In this document: piece by piece, positions 43,315-54,366 of the stretch
Layout of the letters: the number at the start of each line of letters is the position of its first letter
How positions within the stretch are numbered: position 1 is the stretch's first letter
Assembly (NCBI GenBank): GCA_963746175.1
Contig: CAVVAH010000008.1
Coordinates: 800,377-864,376 of the forward strand
Length of the DNA: 64,000 nucleotides
Reading direction: 5' to 3'
Source: an uncultured Actinomycetota bacterium
GTDB lineage: Bacteria; Actinomycetota; Actinomycetes; JACCUZ01
Program-made: the position numbers and the translations under genes
The notes under the pieces: model-generated
Databases searched by the model: none
What the model saw: only the letters and a program-made list of their open reading frames with translations
What the model was told of the DNA's origin: nothing

Positions 43315-46066
43315 ATGTCCGAGTCGGCGGACGGCATCAGCAGCGACACCGCGCAGGCGGCGCTGCGTGCCGACGTACGCCGCCTCGGGAACCTGCTCGG
43401 CGAGTCGCTGGTCCGCCAGGAGGGGCCCGAGCTGCTCGCGCTGGTCGAGGAGGTCCGGCGGCGGAGTCGCGGGGACGACGCCGACGGCGCGGACGCCGGC
43501 GGCCTGGCAGCCCTGCTCGAGGACGTCGACCTCGACACGGCAGCACGGCTGGTGCGGGCCTTCGGCACCTACTTCCACCTCGCCAACGTCACCGAGCAGG
43601 TGCACCGGGCCCGCGAGATGCGCGCGGAGCGGGCCGGCAAGGGCGGCTGGCTGGCGCAGACGGCAGAGCGGATCCGGGCCGCCGGCCTGCCCGCGGCGGA
43701 CATCGCCGCGCTCGTCGACCGGCTCGCGGTCCGCCCGGTCTTCACCGCCCACCCGACCGAGGCGGCCCGCCGGTCGATCCTGTCCAAGCGCCGCCGGGTC
43801 GCCGACCTGCTCGACGCGGTCGACGACCCGCGGGCCGACCGCCGGATCGCCGAGGTCATCGACCTGCTGTGGCAGACCGCCGAGCTGCGCCAGGACCGGC
43901 CCGAGCCGGTCGACGAGGCACGCAACGCGGCGTACTACCTCGACGAGCTGATGCTGCACACGGTCGCCGACGTGCTCGAGGAGCTGGCCGACCAGCTGGC
44001 CTCGCTCGGGGTCGAGCTGCCGACCGAGGCTCGCACGCTGCGGTTCGGCAGCTGGATCGGCGGTGACCGCGACGGCAACCCGAACGTCACGCCGCAGGTC
44101 ACCCACGACGTCCTCGTGCTCCAGCACGGGCACGCGCTGCGCGACCTCACGATGCTGGTCGACGACCTGATGGAGGACCTGTCGACGCTCCGCGCAGCTG
44201 GTCGGCGCGAGCGGCGACCTGCTGGCGAGCATCGAGCGCGACCTCGCTGCCCTGCCCGACCTGCCGGCGCGGGTGCGCCGGATCAACGCCGACGAGCCCT
44301 ACCGGCTGAAGGGCCGGTGCGTGCAGCTCAAGCTGGCGCACACCCGCGACCGGATCGCCGCGGGTGCCGCGCACCGCCCGGGCCACGACTACCTCGGCTC
44401 GGGCGAGCTGCTCGCCGACCTCCGGCTGATGCGCGACTCGCTGGCGACGCACCGCGCTGCGCTCGCGGCACAGGGCCGGATGGACCGGCTGCTCCGCGTC
44501 GTCGCGACCTTCGGCCTGCACCTCGCGACCCTCGACGTGCGCGAGCACGCCGACTCGCACCACCACGCGCTGGCGCAGATGTTCGACCGGCTCGGCGAGC
44601 TGTCCTGGCGGTACGCCGACCTGCCGCGCCGCAACCGCCTGGAGCTGCTGCGCAAGGAGCTCGCGGGACGGCGGCCGCTCGGCGCGCAGCAGGCCACCCT
44701 CGACGAGGACGGCGCCCGCACCCTCGCCGTCTTCACCACGATCCGCGACGCGCTCGACACCCTCGGGCCGGAGGTGTGCGAGAGCTACATCGTGTCGATG
44801 ACCCGCGGCGCCGACGACCTGCTCGCCGCAGTGCTGCTCGCCCGCGAGGCGGGACTGGTCGACCTGCACGAGGACGTCGCGCGGATCGGATTCGTGCCGC
44901 TGCTGGAGACGGTCTCCGAGCTGCGCGAGGCCGGCCGGGTGCTCGACGAGCTGCTCGTCGACCCGTCGTACCGCCGGCTGGTGCAGCTGCGCGGTGACGT
45001 GCAGGAGGTGATGCTCGGCTACTCCGACTCCAACAAGGAAGCAGGCATCGCGACCTCGCAGTGGGAGATCCACCGGGCCCAGCGCCAGCTGCGCGACGTC
45101 GCGGTACGGCACGGCGTGCGGCTGCGGCTCTTCCACGGACGCGGCGGCACCATCGGCCGCGGCGGCGGCCCGACGCACGACGCGATCCTCGCCCAGCCGT
45201 GGGGCACCCTCGACGGCGAGATCAAGGTGACCGAGCAGGGCGAGGTCATCAGCGACAAGTACTCGCTGCCGGCACTCGCCCGGGAGAACCTCGAGCTCAC
45301 CCTCGCGGCGACGTTGGAGGCGACCGTCCTGCACCGCGAACCACGGACGTCATCGGCGCAGCTGGCCCGTTACGACGACGTCATGGACGTGCTGTCGGAC
45401 GCCGCGCAGACGGCGTACCGGGGCCTCGTCGAGCACCCGGACCTGCCGGCGTACTTCGTGCAGTCCACACCGGTCGAGCTGCTCACCGACCTCAACATCG
45501 GGTCGCGGCCCTCCCGCCGGCCCGACAGTGGTGCCGGCCTCTCCGGCCTGCGCGCCATCCCCTGGGTGTTCGGCTGGACCCAGTCCCGGCAGGTCGTGCC
45601 CGGCTGGTACGGCGTCGGCACCGGCCTCGCTGCGGTCCGCGAGGCCGGCCTGGGCGACGTGCTCGACGAGATGTACGACGGCTGGCACTTCTTCCGCACG
45701 TTCCTGTCCAACGTCTCCATGACGCTGGCCAAGACCGACCTGCGGATCGCGGCGCACTACGTCGACTCGTTGGTCGACCCCGACCTGCGGCACCTCTTCG
45801 ACGCCGTGCGCGCCGAGCACGACGTGACGGAGCGCGAGGTCCTCGCGGTGACCCGTGAGGCCTCGCTGCTGGGGTCGAACCCGATGCTGGCGCGGACGTT
45901 GCAGGTGCGCGACGCCTACCTCGACCCGATCAGCTACCTGCAGGTGTCGCTGCTGCGCCGGTCGCGCGCCGCCGTCGCGGCCGGCCAGGTCCCGGACCCG
46001 CGGCTGCGCGAGGCCCTCCTGCTCACGGTCAACGGTGTCGCGGCCGGCCTGCGCAACACCGGCTGA
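43315..46066 (+). CDS. ppc: phosphoenolpyruvate carboxylase with an apparent frameshift near 44195
   Basis: VFTAHPTE and GGDRDGNP motifs in the upstream frame. [14 protein letters not shown] and C-terminal LRNTG in the ORF 44273-46066 frame. Confidence 0.8.
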
Positions 46067-46193
46067 GCACCGACCGCGATGCTCCGGGCGTCGCCGGACT
46101 GCGTGCAACTGCACCGGGAATCGCCATGGCCACCGCAGCCGGCGGGTAGTTTGGTTCGATGATGACTCCTGACGCCGCGCACCACGGCTGACG

Positions 46194-46934
46194 ATGACCG
46201 AGCAGGCCGTCACGCCGCCCCGGGAGCGGGAGACCTTCGCCCAGGTGGCGGCACGGCTCGGTGCCGCGCAGAAGAGCACCGTCGGCGTCCCCGCGTACCT
46301 GAGGTTCGTGAACCGCAAGGCCGGCGGCCTGCTTGCCGTTGCCGCCCATCAGGCCGGGCTCTCCCCCGCCCAGGTGACAGCGATGAGTGCGTCGTGCGCG
46401 CTCGCCGGGATCGCCGGCCTCGTCCTCGTGGAGCCGTCGCTGTGGCTCGGCATCGCGGTTGCCGTCGCGCTGTGCCTGGGTTACGCCCTGGACTCCGCCG
46501 ACGGGCAGCTCGCCAGGCTGCAGAGGAGGCAGGGCCCCGCCGGCGAGTGGCTCGACCACGTGGTGGACTGCGCCAAGTCGCTGTTGCTGCACGGCGCCGT
46601 GCTCACCTCGATGTACCGATTCTTCGACCTGTCCCACGAGGCGCTCCTCCTGCTCCCGGTCGGCTTCTCGACAGTCGGCCTCACCTTCTACTTCGCCATG
46701 ATGCTGCGCGACCAGCTGCTGAAGGGGCTGGATGCCGGCGCGCGCACGGGGGACGGCTCGGTGGCCCGCTCCTTCCTGCTGCTTCCCGCCGACTACGGGA
46801 CTCTGTGCCTCTCCTTCTGCCTTCTGGGGGCCGAGAACCTCTTCCTGCTGGCTTACGGCTTCTTGTTCCTGAGCACTGCCCTGCTGGCGGCACGGGGGCT
46901 GCCCAAGGCCTACCGGTTGCTGTCGGCGGGCTGA
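46194..46934 (+). CDS. CDP-alcohol phosphatidyltransferase family membrane protein
   Basis: DSADGQLAR...GEWLDHVVD, the D-G-x2-A-R...G-x3-D-x3-D signature. Confidence 0.7.
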   Translation: MTEQAVTPPRERETFAQVAARLGAAQKSTVGVPAYLRFVNRKAGGLLAVAAHQAGLSPAQVTAMSASCALAGIAGLVLVEPSLWLGIAVAVALCLGYALDSADGQLARLQRRQGPAGEWLDHVVDCAKSLLLHGAVLTSMYRFFDLSHEALLLLPVGFSTVGLTFYFAMMLRDQLLKGLDAGARTGDGSVARSFLLLPADYGTLCLSFCLLGAENLFLLAYGFLFLSTALLAARGLPKAYRLLSAG

Positions 46935-47091
46935 GTCGGCCTCGCGTCACCTCGACCACCGGTTCATGGCAATCCGCCCGATGTGCAACGCGGCCGCCGC
47001 TACTCTGATGGACGCCCCTGTACCGGCTGTGGTCGACTCGTTCTGCGGTTCACCAGGGCCTCCTGTCCGCCCTGCGCCTGCAACACCGTGA

Positions 47092-48684
47092 GTGAGACGA
47101 CCGAGCATGCGGGATGACGACCGCTCCAGGGAGCCTGCGCACGGCGACCTGCCCGACCGCGAGCTCATGCTCACCTCCGTCGCGCGCGGTGGCAGCGCGG
47201 CGTTCGGCGGCACGTCGGCCGCCGCGGTCCTCGGGTTCGCTCTGACGGTCGTGGTCACCCGCGGCCTCAGCACCGGGACCGCAGGGGAGTTCTTCAGCGC
47301 TACGGCGCTCTTCCTCGTCTCCCAGACCGCACTCAGCTTCGGCGTCGCCGCAGGCGTCGTCCGCTTCGTCCCGCGGCTGCGGGCTCAGAGCCGCGAGGCG
47401 GACGTGCCGGCCATGCTCGTCATCGCCGTGGTACCGGTGGCACTCGCGGCCGTGCTCGGTGGTATCGCGATGTGGTTCGCGTCGCCGCTGCTGGCTGAGC
47501 ACTTCCACCACCAGGCATCGGTGTCCCCACCCGGCACGTTCCACCTGCTGGCGGTGTTCGTGCCCGTCGGGGTGCTCGAGGTGGTGGCGGTGGAGTCCAC
47601 GCGGGCGTTCGGAAGCATCGGACGCTACGTGCTGATCCAGCAGATCCTGCTGCCGCTGGCGCGGCCGGTGCTCGTGCTCGTAGCGCTCACCGTCGACGCC
47701 CCGCTGTGGGGCGTGGTACTTGCCTGGCTGCTGCCCTTGGTGGTGGCGCTGACACTTGCCGCCTTGGTCGTGACCGCGGCGTTGACGGCGACCTGCGGCC
47801 GTCCCTTCCCGTGGCCGCAGCGCACCGTCCCGCTGCCCACGCTTGCGCGCGAGTACTGGTCCTTCACCGGGGCCCGAGGCGTTGCCAGCGTCATCGACAT
47901 CCTGCTGACCTGGTTGGACGTCCTCCTCGTGGCGGCCATCGTGTCTCCGAGGGATGCGGCGATCTACGCCGCGGCCAGCCGCTTCATCACCTCGGGCACG
48001 CTGGTCATGCAGGCGCTGCGCCTGGCGATCTCCCCGGATCTCAGCGCCGCTCTGGCCCGCAACGACCTCATGAGGGCAGCGGAGATGTACCGCGTCTCCA
48101 CCCAGTGGATCCTGCTCTCCTCGTGGCCCCTGTACCTGACGATGGGTGTCTTCGCGCCCACCGTGCTCGGTGTCTTCGGGCCGACGTACTCCGAGGGCGC
48201 GACAGCGATGTCGGTCCTGTGCGCCGCCATGCTCGTCGCCCTCGCCGCCGGCAACGTGGGGTCGGTGCTGCTGATGGGCGGGCGCAGCACCTGGGTCCTG
48301 GGCGACAAGGTCGTCGCCCTGAGCGTGAACGTGACGGCGAACCTGCTCCTCGTGCCTCGCTACGGACTCACGGGGGCCGCCGTCGCGTGGGCGCTCACCA
48401 TCGTGGTCGACAACGCCATGGGCTTCGCCCAGGTCCGCTGGGGCATGCACATCTCCGCGCGCAGCCGCGGTATCGGGCTCGCGGCCGGGGCCTCGCTGCT
48501 CCTGTACGGCGTAGGCCTGCTCGGTGTCCGGTGGATCTGGGGCTCGACCCCGACGTCGCTGTTCGTGGGCGCGACCCTGGCATCTGCGATCTATGTCGGA
48601 TTTGCCTGGCGGCAGCGCGCCGTGCTGGATCTCCCCCTCCTGGTCGCGGCCTTGCGACGGCGCACCGGATCGCCGATCGAGTGA
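47092..48684 (+). CDS. wzx: polysaccharide biosynthesis protein / Wzx-type flippase (PST family)
   Basis: 530 aa, about 14 TM helices, typical PST N-terminal topology. Confidence 0.65.
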   Translation: MRRPSMRDDDRSREPAHGDLPDRELMLTSVARGGSAAFGGTSAAAVLGFALTVVVTRGLSTGTAGEFFSATALFLVSQTALSFGVAAGVVRFVPRLRAQSREADVPAMLVIAVVPVALAAVLGGIAMWFASPLLAEHFHHQASVSPPGTFHLLAVFVPVGVLEVVAVESTRAFGSIGRYVLIQQILLPLARPVLVLVALTVDAPLWGVVLAWLLPLVVALTLAALVVTAALTATCGRPFPWPQRTVPLPTLAREYWSFTGARGVASVIDILLTWLDVLLVAAIVSPRDAAIYAAASRFITSGTLVMQALRLAISPDLSAALARNDLMRAAEMYRVSTQWILLSSWPLYLTMGVFAPTVLGVFGPTYSEGATAMSVLCAAMLVALAAGNVGSVLLMGGRSTWVLGDKVVALSVNVTANLLLVPRYGLTGAAVAWALTIVVDNAMGFAQVRWGMHISARSRGIGLAAGASLLLYGVGLLGVRWIWGSTPTSLFVGATLASAIYVGFAWRQRAVLDLPLLVAALRRRTGSPIE

Positions 48685-48824
48685 CGGTGCCCGAACTGCG
48701 GGCGACCAGCCGTGTTCTGGCCTATCCTGGCGAGCAAGGGCTGACCTGACGGGGCCGGCGGTTTGCGCCTGCCGCGGGACCGTCCTGTCGGCATCGATGC
48801 TTCATCCACTGTGGGGGGAACCGC

Positions 48825-49256
48825 ATGGGACGCAGAGTTGGCTATGCCCCGGGCGTCTACGACCTGTTCCACGTCGGGCACCTCAACATCCTGCGCGAGG
48901 CGCGCAAGGCGTGCGACTTCCTCGTCGCGGGCGTGGTCTCCGACGAGATGGCGGTCCGGGCCAAGGGCCGGCCGCCGGTCATCCCGCTGCACGAGCGCCT
49001 CGAGATCGTCCAGAGCATCACCTACGTGGACCAGGCCTACGCGGAGACGGTGCCCGACAAGCTGACGGTCTGGGAGGAGCTCCGCTTCGACGTGATCTTC
49101 AAGGGGGACGACTGGCGCGGCACCGAGAAGGGCGACAAGCTCGAGCGCGACTTCGCCAGCGTGGGCGTCGAGGTCGTCTACTTCGCCTACACCGTGGAGA
49201 CATCGAGCGCGAAGCTTCGCGACGTCCTTGACGTACTGCTCGAGCCGGCCTCGTGA
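48825..49256 (+). CDS. tagD: glycerol-3-phosphate cytidylyltransferase (CDP-glycerol synthesis)
   Basis: GVYDLFHVGHLNIL (HxGH) and the RTEGISTS-like TEKGDKL region. 143 aa, the typical TagD size. Confidence 0.85.
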   Translation: MGRRVGYAPGVYDLFHVGHLNILREARKACDFLVAGVVSDEMAVRAKGRPPVIPLHERLEIVQSITYVDQAYAETVPDKLTVWEELRFDVIFKGDDWRGTEKGDKLERDFASVGVEVVYFAYTVETSSAKLRDVLDVLLEPAS

Positions 49257-49342
49257 ACGGGTGCCGCCCCGTATGACCGACCGACCTCGACGGACCTCGA
49301 CCTGGAGCTCCTGCTGCCCCGGCTGCAGGGAGGAAGCACTCC

Positions 49343-51000
49343 GTGGCTGACGTCGACCGGACCGTCGCCAGCAGCGTCACGATCTCGCAGTTCGTGGCCG
49401 TGCTCCGTCAGAGGTGGCACGTCATCGCGGCGATCGTGGCACTGTGCCTGCTTGCCGCCGGGGGCTTGCTCTCCTCCACTCCCCCGACCTACAGCGCTCG
49501 CGCCGTGGTACGGGTGACCCCGCTGACCGGCACGGCCGACAAGGACATCAGCACCATCACCGAGTCCAGGATCGCCACCTCGACCTCGGTCGCCCGGCGG
49601 GTCCGCACGCTGCTCAAGACCGACCGGACACCCGCGCAGCTCGTGTCGCACGTCGCCGTCAGCTCGCCGCTCGACAGCCAGGTGCTGGCGTTCGAGTACT
49701 CCGCCAGCTCCGCGCGCAAGGCCGCGGCCGGGGCCAACGCGTTCGCGGAGGCCTACCTGGCCTACCGCCGTGACACCAAGCAGGGCGAGCTGGACAAGCA
49801 GGACGCCCGGATCTCCCAGCAGATCGGCGAGGCAGCGGTCTGCTCACGGAGCTCGACCAGAAGCTGCGCGCGGCGGGCCTCGACGCGGACCAGCGGGCCG
49901 CAGACGGAGACGAGCGCACCGCCGCGCAGCTGCAGCTGCGCAACCTGCGTGCCGAGCAGTCCAGCCTGCGGTCCTTGACGCTGACCCCCGGTCAGCTCGC
50001 CGGCCGGGCCCTGGAGCCCACCGGTCCCGACTCACCGCGTCCGGTCATCTATCTCGCGGGCGGGCTGTTGTTCGGCTTCCTGCTGGGGTCGGTCGCGGCC
50101 GTCGCCCTGGATCGCCGCGATGACGGGATCCACGGTGTCGACGACCTCGAGCGCAGCGCAGGCGTGCCGGTCCTCGCAACCCTGCAGGGCGACTCGTTCC
50201 GCCGCGGATCCGCGACCCGAGGCTTCGCGGCCGTCGACGACGTCTACGGGACCGAGGCAGACGCGTTCCGGACCCTGGCTGCGAAGCTCAGGGGACCAGC
50301 AACGGGACGCGGTGCCCGGAGCATCGTGCTGGTGTGCCCTGGCGGCCGCAACGCCCGTCTTGCGCCGGCGAACCTCGCCGTGACGTTGGCCCGGCAGGGT
50401 CTCGACGTGGCGCTGATCGCCGCCGATGGGGCCATGGCCCGGACGACCGAACTGCTCGCGGCGCTGGCCAGGGCGGGGGCCGAGTCCGAGCTCCGCCACA
50501 GGGACGGCTCGCGGCGCGTTCCCGCCGTCGACCGGGTGCACCTGCTGTCCCTGGGCGACGAGCTCCTGCTGGACGCGACGCTGCGCGATCCCGATGCCCT
50601 CGGGCTCGACGCCGTCATGGAGAAGGCCGACATCATGGTCGTCGACGCGGTCAACCTGCAGCTGCCGTCCAGCACGTTGACGTTGGGACGGTTGGCGGAC
50701 GCAGCCCTGGTGCTCGGCGAGGAGCGGAAGAGCCGGCACACCGACGTCCGCAGAGCCGTGCGTGATCTCGCACAGGTGGGCACGCCCGTGGTGGGCGCGA
50801 CCTACGTCCGTCGTCGCCGCCGGTTTCCGGTCCGCTGGTCCGTCCGCCGCCCGAAGCCGGTGAGCCAGCCCACGCACGCCGCAGCAAGGCCCAGACCCGC
50901 ACTCGTCCGCACGCCCAAGGCTCCGGTGGCGCGCGCCCTCCGGCCCGGGCCCGACGAGCCGGACGACGACTCGCAGACGCACCAGACCGCCAGCCGCTGA
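49343..51000 (+). CDS. polysaccharide co-polymerase (Wzz/PCP-like) with a C-terminal BY-kinase-like ATPase domain carrying a degenerate Walker A; apparent frameshift near 49843
   Basis: N-terminal TM plus the Wzz region (SARAVVRVTPL). The coiled-coil LLTELDQKLRAAGLD continues in another frame. The second TM (VIYLAGGLLFGFLLG), then SIVLVCPGGRNARLAPANLA where the GKS/T is expected. Confidence 0.6.
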
Positions 51001-51010
51001 CGGTCGTTGC

Positions 51011-52315
51011 TCACGCCCGGTTGGCGACGGGGGCGCGCTGCGGCTCGCGCACAGTCGCGGGTGTCTCCGTATCCTCGACGCCCCGCATCGCCACTCCCGC
51101 GGCAGCCATGGCGACCGCGAGCTGCATGCCGTCGTATCCGTAGAAGAACACCGTCAGCAGTACGACGACGAGCGTGACATGGACGAACAGGCTGGCCTGT
51201 GTCGGCAGTGCGCGGGTGCACCACGCCGCCACGATGAACCAGGCCAGGAAGAAGAACAGCGCAGGGAAGCCGTAGCTGAACATCACGTTCCAGACCTGGC
51301 CCTGGGTGCCGATGGAGATGTCCAACGTCTCGGAGGGCTTCGGGGAGCCGTTGCCGAAGACGGGGGATGCCACGGCACCGTCGTACGCCTCGCGATAGAT
51401 CGTCTGGCGCCCCACGTTGGTCTGGCTGTAGTGCAGACGTTCGGACAGCGAGGACGTCACTCCGGTCGCCACGGCGATGACCACGCCCGACAAGGCGGAG
51501 ATGAGGATCGCCACGAGCGGCACCAGCCGTCCCCGCAGAGCGAGCCGGATCGAGGCGTACGCGAGGCCGAACCCGACGGCGAGGAACATGCCACGGTTCA
51601 ACGTGGCGAATGCCGGGACGGTCGCAGCGGCCAGCGTTCCGATCAGCAGCAACCGCACGCGGCCGCGTCCGACCATGCTGACGGTGGCGAGGACGAGGGG
51701 CACGAGCAGCGCGACGTTGCAGCCCCAGCTGTTCGTGTACGGGAACGGCGCGCTGGGACGGTAGAACGTGCGGGGTGAACCGTAGGGCTGCTGGACCTCG
51801 GCGAAGGTGGGGTTCACGAGCGCGTGGACGTACTCGTTCTGCGCGATCGCGGCAGGCAGGACCTGGGCGACGGGGGTCGACAAGGTCACCCGCGGCAGGA
51901 GGAGACCGAGGTACCCACCGATGACGACGAACCCGAAGAAGGCGGCCAGACCCAGCAGGACGCGCCTGGTCGGGAGTGACCTCTGCGTGCTGTTGTAGAT
52001 GTAGAGGAAGACCAGCGTCGCGCCGGCGTACGTGCTCAGCCGTACGGCGAAGCCGATCAGACGCAGTGAGCCCTGGACCTCCACGGCGGCGAAGCAGGCC
52101 CAGAGGACGAACAGCAGCCACAGCACGAATCCTCGTGGCATCCGGACGTTCCGGCGGACGCACAGCAGCACGGCCATGGGGACGGCGGTCAACGCCAGGG
52201 CGAAGCCGCCCAGGCCGAGCACCCACCAGACGGGGTAGCCGACGAACAGGACGTAGAACGGCCACGCCGGGAGGTCCGGTCCGGTCCCCGCCTCCGCTGA
52301 CCGGGTCGTCCTCAC
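51011..52315 (-). CDS. O-antigen ligase/polymerase-like (Wzy/WaaL family) membrane protein
   Basis: 434 aa, about 11 TM helices with a large periplasmic loop. GC content noticeably lower than the flanks. Confidence 0.6.
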   Translation of the reverse strand: MRTTRSAEAGTGPDLPAWPFYVLFVGYPVWWVLGLGGFALALTAVPMAVLLCVRRNVRMPRGFVLWLLFVLWACFAAVEVQGSLRLIGFAVRLSTYAGATLVFLYIYNSTQRSLPTRRVLLGLAAFFGFVVIGGYLGLLLPRVTLSTPVAQVLPAAIAQNEYVHALVNPTFAEVQQPYGSPRTFYRPSAPFPYTNSWGCNVALLVPLVLATVSMVGRGRVRLLLIGTLAAATVPAFATLNRGMFLAVGFGLAYASIRLALRGRLVPLVAILISALSGVVIAVATGVTSSLSERLHYSQTNVGRQTIYREAYDGAVASPVFGNGSPKPSETLDISIGTQGQVWNVMFSYGFPALFFFLAWFIVAAWCTRALPTQASLFVHVTLVVVLLTVFFYGYDGMQLAVAMAAAGVAMRGVEDTETPATVREPQRAPVANRA

Positions 52316-52316
52316 C

Positions 52317-53279
52317 TCAGAAGCCTCGCCCGACGCGCCGTCCGGCTGCGATCACCCTGTCGGCACTCATCAGGCCACTCGCCACGAGCAGTGCCGCGTA
52401 GCTGTGCCGAACACGCCTCGACCTGCGCAGCGACCGACCGGCATAACGAACCGCTCGCCGCCGTCGGCCCATGGCCGCGTTCGCGAACGCGATCTGGCCT
52501 TCTATCCGGGCCAGCCCACGCGGCTGACGCGAGAACTCGGGAACCCGAGCGAGCAGGTAGGTCAGGGCCTCGTCGATCATCGTCCAGCGACTGACGAAGA
52601 ACGACGAGTCGTGCCAGTAGATGCGGGTCAACGGCTCCTGCACGCAGAGGATCGGTCCGGTGCGGGCGGCCCGAAGCAACCACTCGTAGTCCTCGGCGTA
52701 ACCGCCCGGGAGGTCCTCGTCCACCAGACCCACCGGCCCGAGCAGGCCGGCCTTGCGGGCCATGAACGAGGAGGAGTTCGCCTCGATGTGGCGGCTCCGC
52801 AGCAGGTCGTCGAACGACAGCTCCGCGTGGTCGGCCGGCCGTTCGAGATCGCGGCCTCGATGATTGATCAGGATTCCGGTTCCGCAGGCGCTGGCGTCCG
52901 GGCGGCTCCGGAGCAGCTCGACCTGCGCCGAGACCTTTCCCGGGAGCCACTCGTCGTCGTCGTCACACCCGCAGATGAGCTCGCCGGCTGCTTGCAGGTA
53001 GCCGGTGTTGCGCGTGCCTGCCAGACCGGGCGACCGGGAGTTCGTCACGACCCTCAGCGTCCGGTGGGCCGACTCTGCCACGTCGGGTCGGACCGGCTCG
53101 GTCCGGTCGAAGACCACGATGCACTCGATGTGTCCGGGATAGTCCTGACCGAGGATCGACGTCACCGTGCGGCGGAGCAGCTCCGGCCGGTCGCGCGTCG
53201 GGACGACGGCGGTCACCTGCGGCCACTCGGACACGTCGGCCCGCGCAGGCAGCGCCGTGGGGTCGACCTCCAAGTCCAT
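52317..53279 (-). CDS. family 2 glycosyltransferase
   Basis: VVPTRDRPELL and the DxD motif CDDDDEW. Confidence 0.75.
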   Translation of the reverse strand: MDLEVDPTALPARADVSEWPQVTAVVPTRDRPELLRRTVTSILGQDYPGHIECIVVFDRTEPVRPDVAESAHRTLRVVTNSRSPGLAGTRNTGYLQAAGELICGCDDDDEWLPGKVSAQVELLRSRPDASACGTGILINHRGRDLERPADHAELSFDDLLRSRHIEANSSSFMARKAGLLGPVGLVDEDLPGGYAEDYEWLLRAARTGPILCVQEPLTRIYWHDSSFFVSRWTMIDEALTYLLARVPEFSRQPRGLARIEGQIAFANAAMGRRRRAVRYAGRSLRRSRRVRHSYAALLVASGLMSADRVIAAGRRVGRGF

Positions 53280-53392
53280 GCAAGGCTCCCCTGGCGCTGA
53301 GCGCCGGCTCTCGATCAGGTCCGCGGTGTCGCCCGTTCGCCATCCATGATGTCAGTACCGCCCGCTGAGTGGAGGCCGGATGACCAAGCTGG

Positions 53393-54342
53393 TCACCGCC
53401 ACTGGTACACGCGGACGTAGTCGATCGCATAGTCAGCAGGGAACGCGGTCGCCGCATCCGGTTCGCCCGGCCACGATCCACCGACTGCGAGGTTCAGGCG
53501 CAGGAAGAACGGTCGGTTGAACGCATCGTCGAGCCACGGTGTGCTGACCCTGCTCCGCATATACGTGAGCTTCCGGTCGACGTACCACCGGATGCTGCCT
53601 CGCTGCCACTTCACGACGTAGGTGTGGAAGCCGTCCGACGGAGAGCCGGACGGGAACTCCACGCTGGTCGACTCCTGAGGGAAGCTGCTGTCGTAGTCGA
53701 ACCAGATGGTGTGGTGAACCTGGTTCCACTCTGACGATGAGGCATCGCCACCTATCGCCTCGAGAGCGTCCAGCTCCCCCGCACCGCCGTCCGTCGGTCG
53801 AAGCCAGAACGCCGGCCAGAGGCCCTTCGACGTGGCGCGTTGCGTCGGCAAGCGTGCCCGGATCTCGAAGCGCCCGTAGGTCCAGGCAGCCTTGCCCTTC
53901 GTGGAGATCATGGCGGAGCTGTACTCGCGCCCCTGCGGGAACCGAGGATCCTGTGAGCCGCACGGGAGCGGGACACTCTCGCGCTGGGCTCGCAGGGACA
54001 GGACACCGTCCCGCAGAGCGACGTTCTCGGGCCGGTCCATCAGGCAGGCGAGCTCGCCGTTGCCCTCTCCGAAGGTGGACCTGTCCTCGACCAGCCACTT
54101 GCGCGGCGCGAGGGCTCGGCCGGAGAACTCGTCGTGCCACACCAGCTTCCATCCGGGGACGTGCTGCGGGCCGGCGGAAAAGGCACCCGTGGACAGCAGG
54201 ACGGCACCGATGGCGGTGACGACGACGAGCACGCCCGCAACCGCCGCAGCGCCGGGCGACAGCCCCGATGATCCGACGAGTCGACTGCGGTAGCCCCCCA
54301 CACCCTCACGGTAGGCCACCGCGACGAGGCCCGAGCGGACAT
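53393..54342 (-). CDS. GH16 family glycoside hydrolase (beta-1,3-glucanase/laminarinase-like), membrane-anchored
   Basis: Catalytic GELDALE (ExDxxE). Signal-anchor AAAVAGVLVVVTAIGAVLL. Start uncertain: the ATG at 54342 is in a neighbouring frame across a gggggg run, and an in-frame GTG lies near 54313. Confidence 0.7.
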
Positions 54343-54366
54343 CGCTCCACTCGGGCCTCGGTCGGG

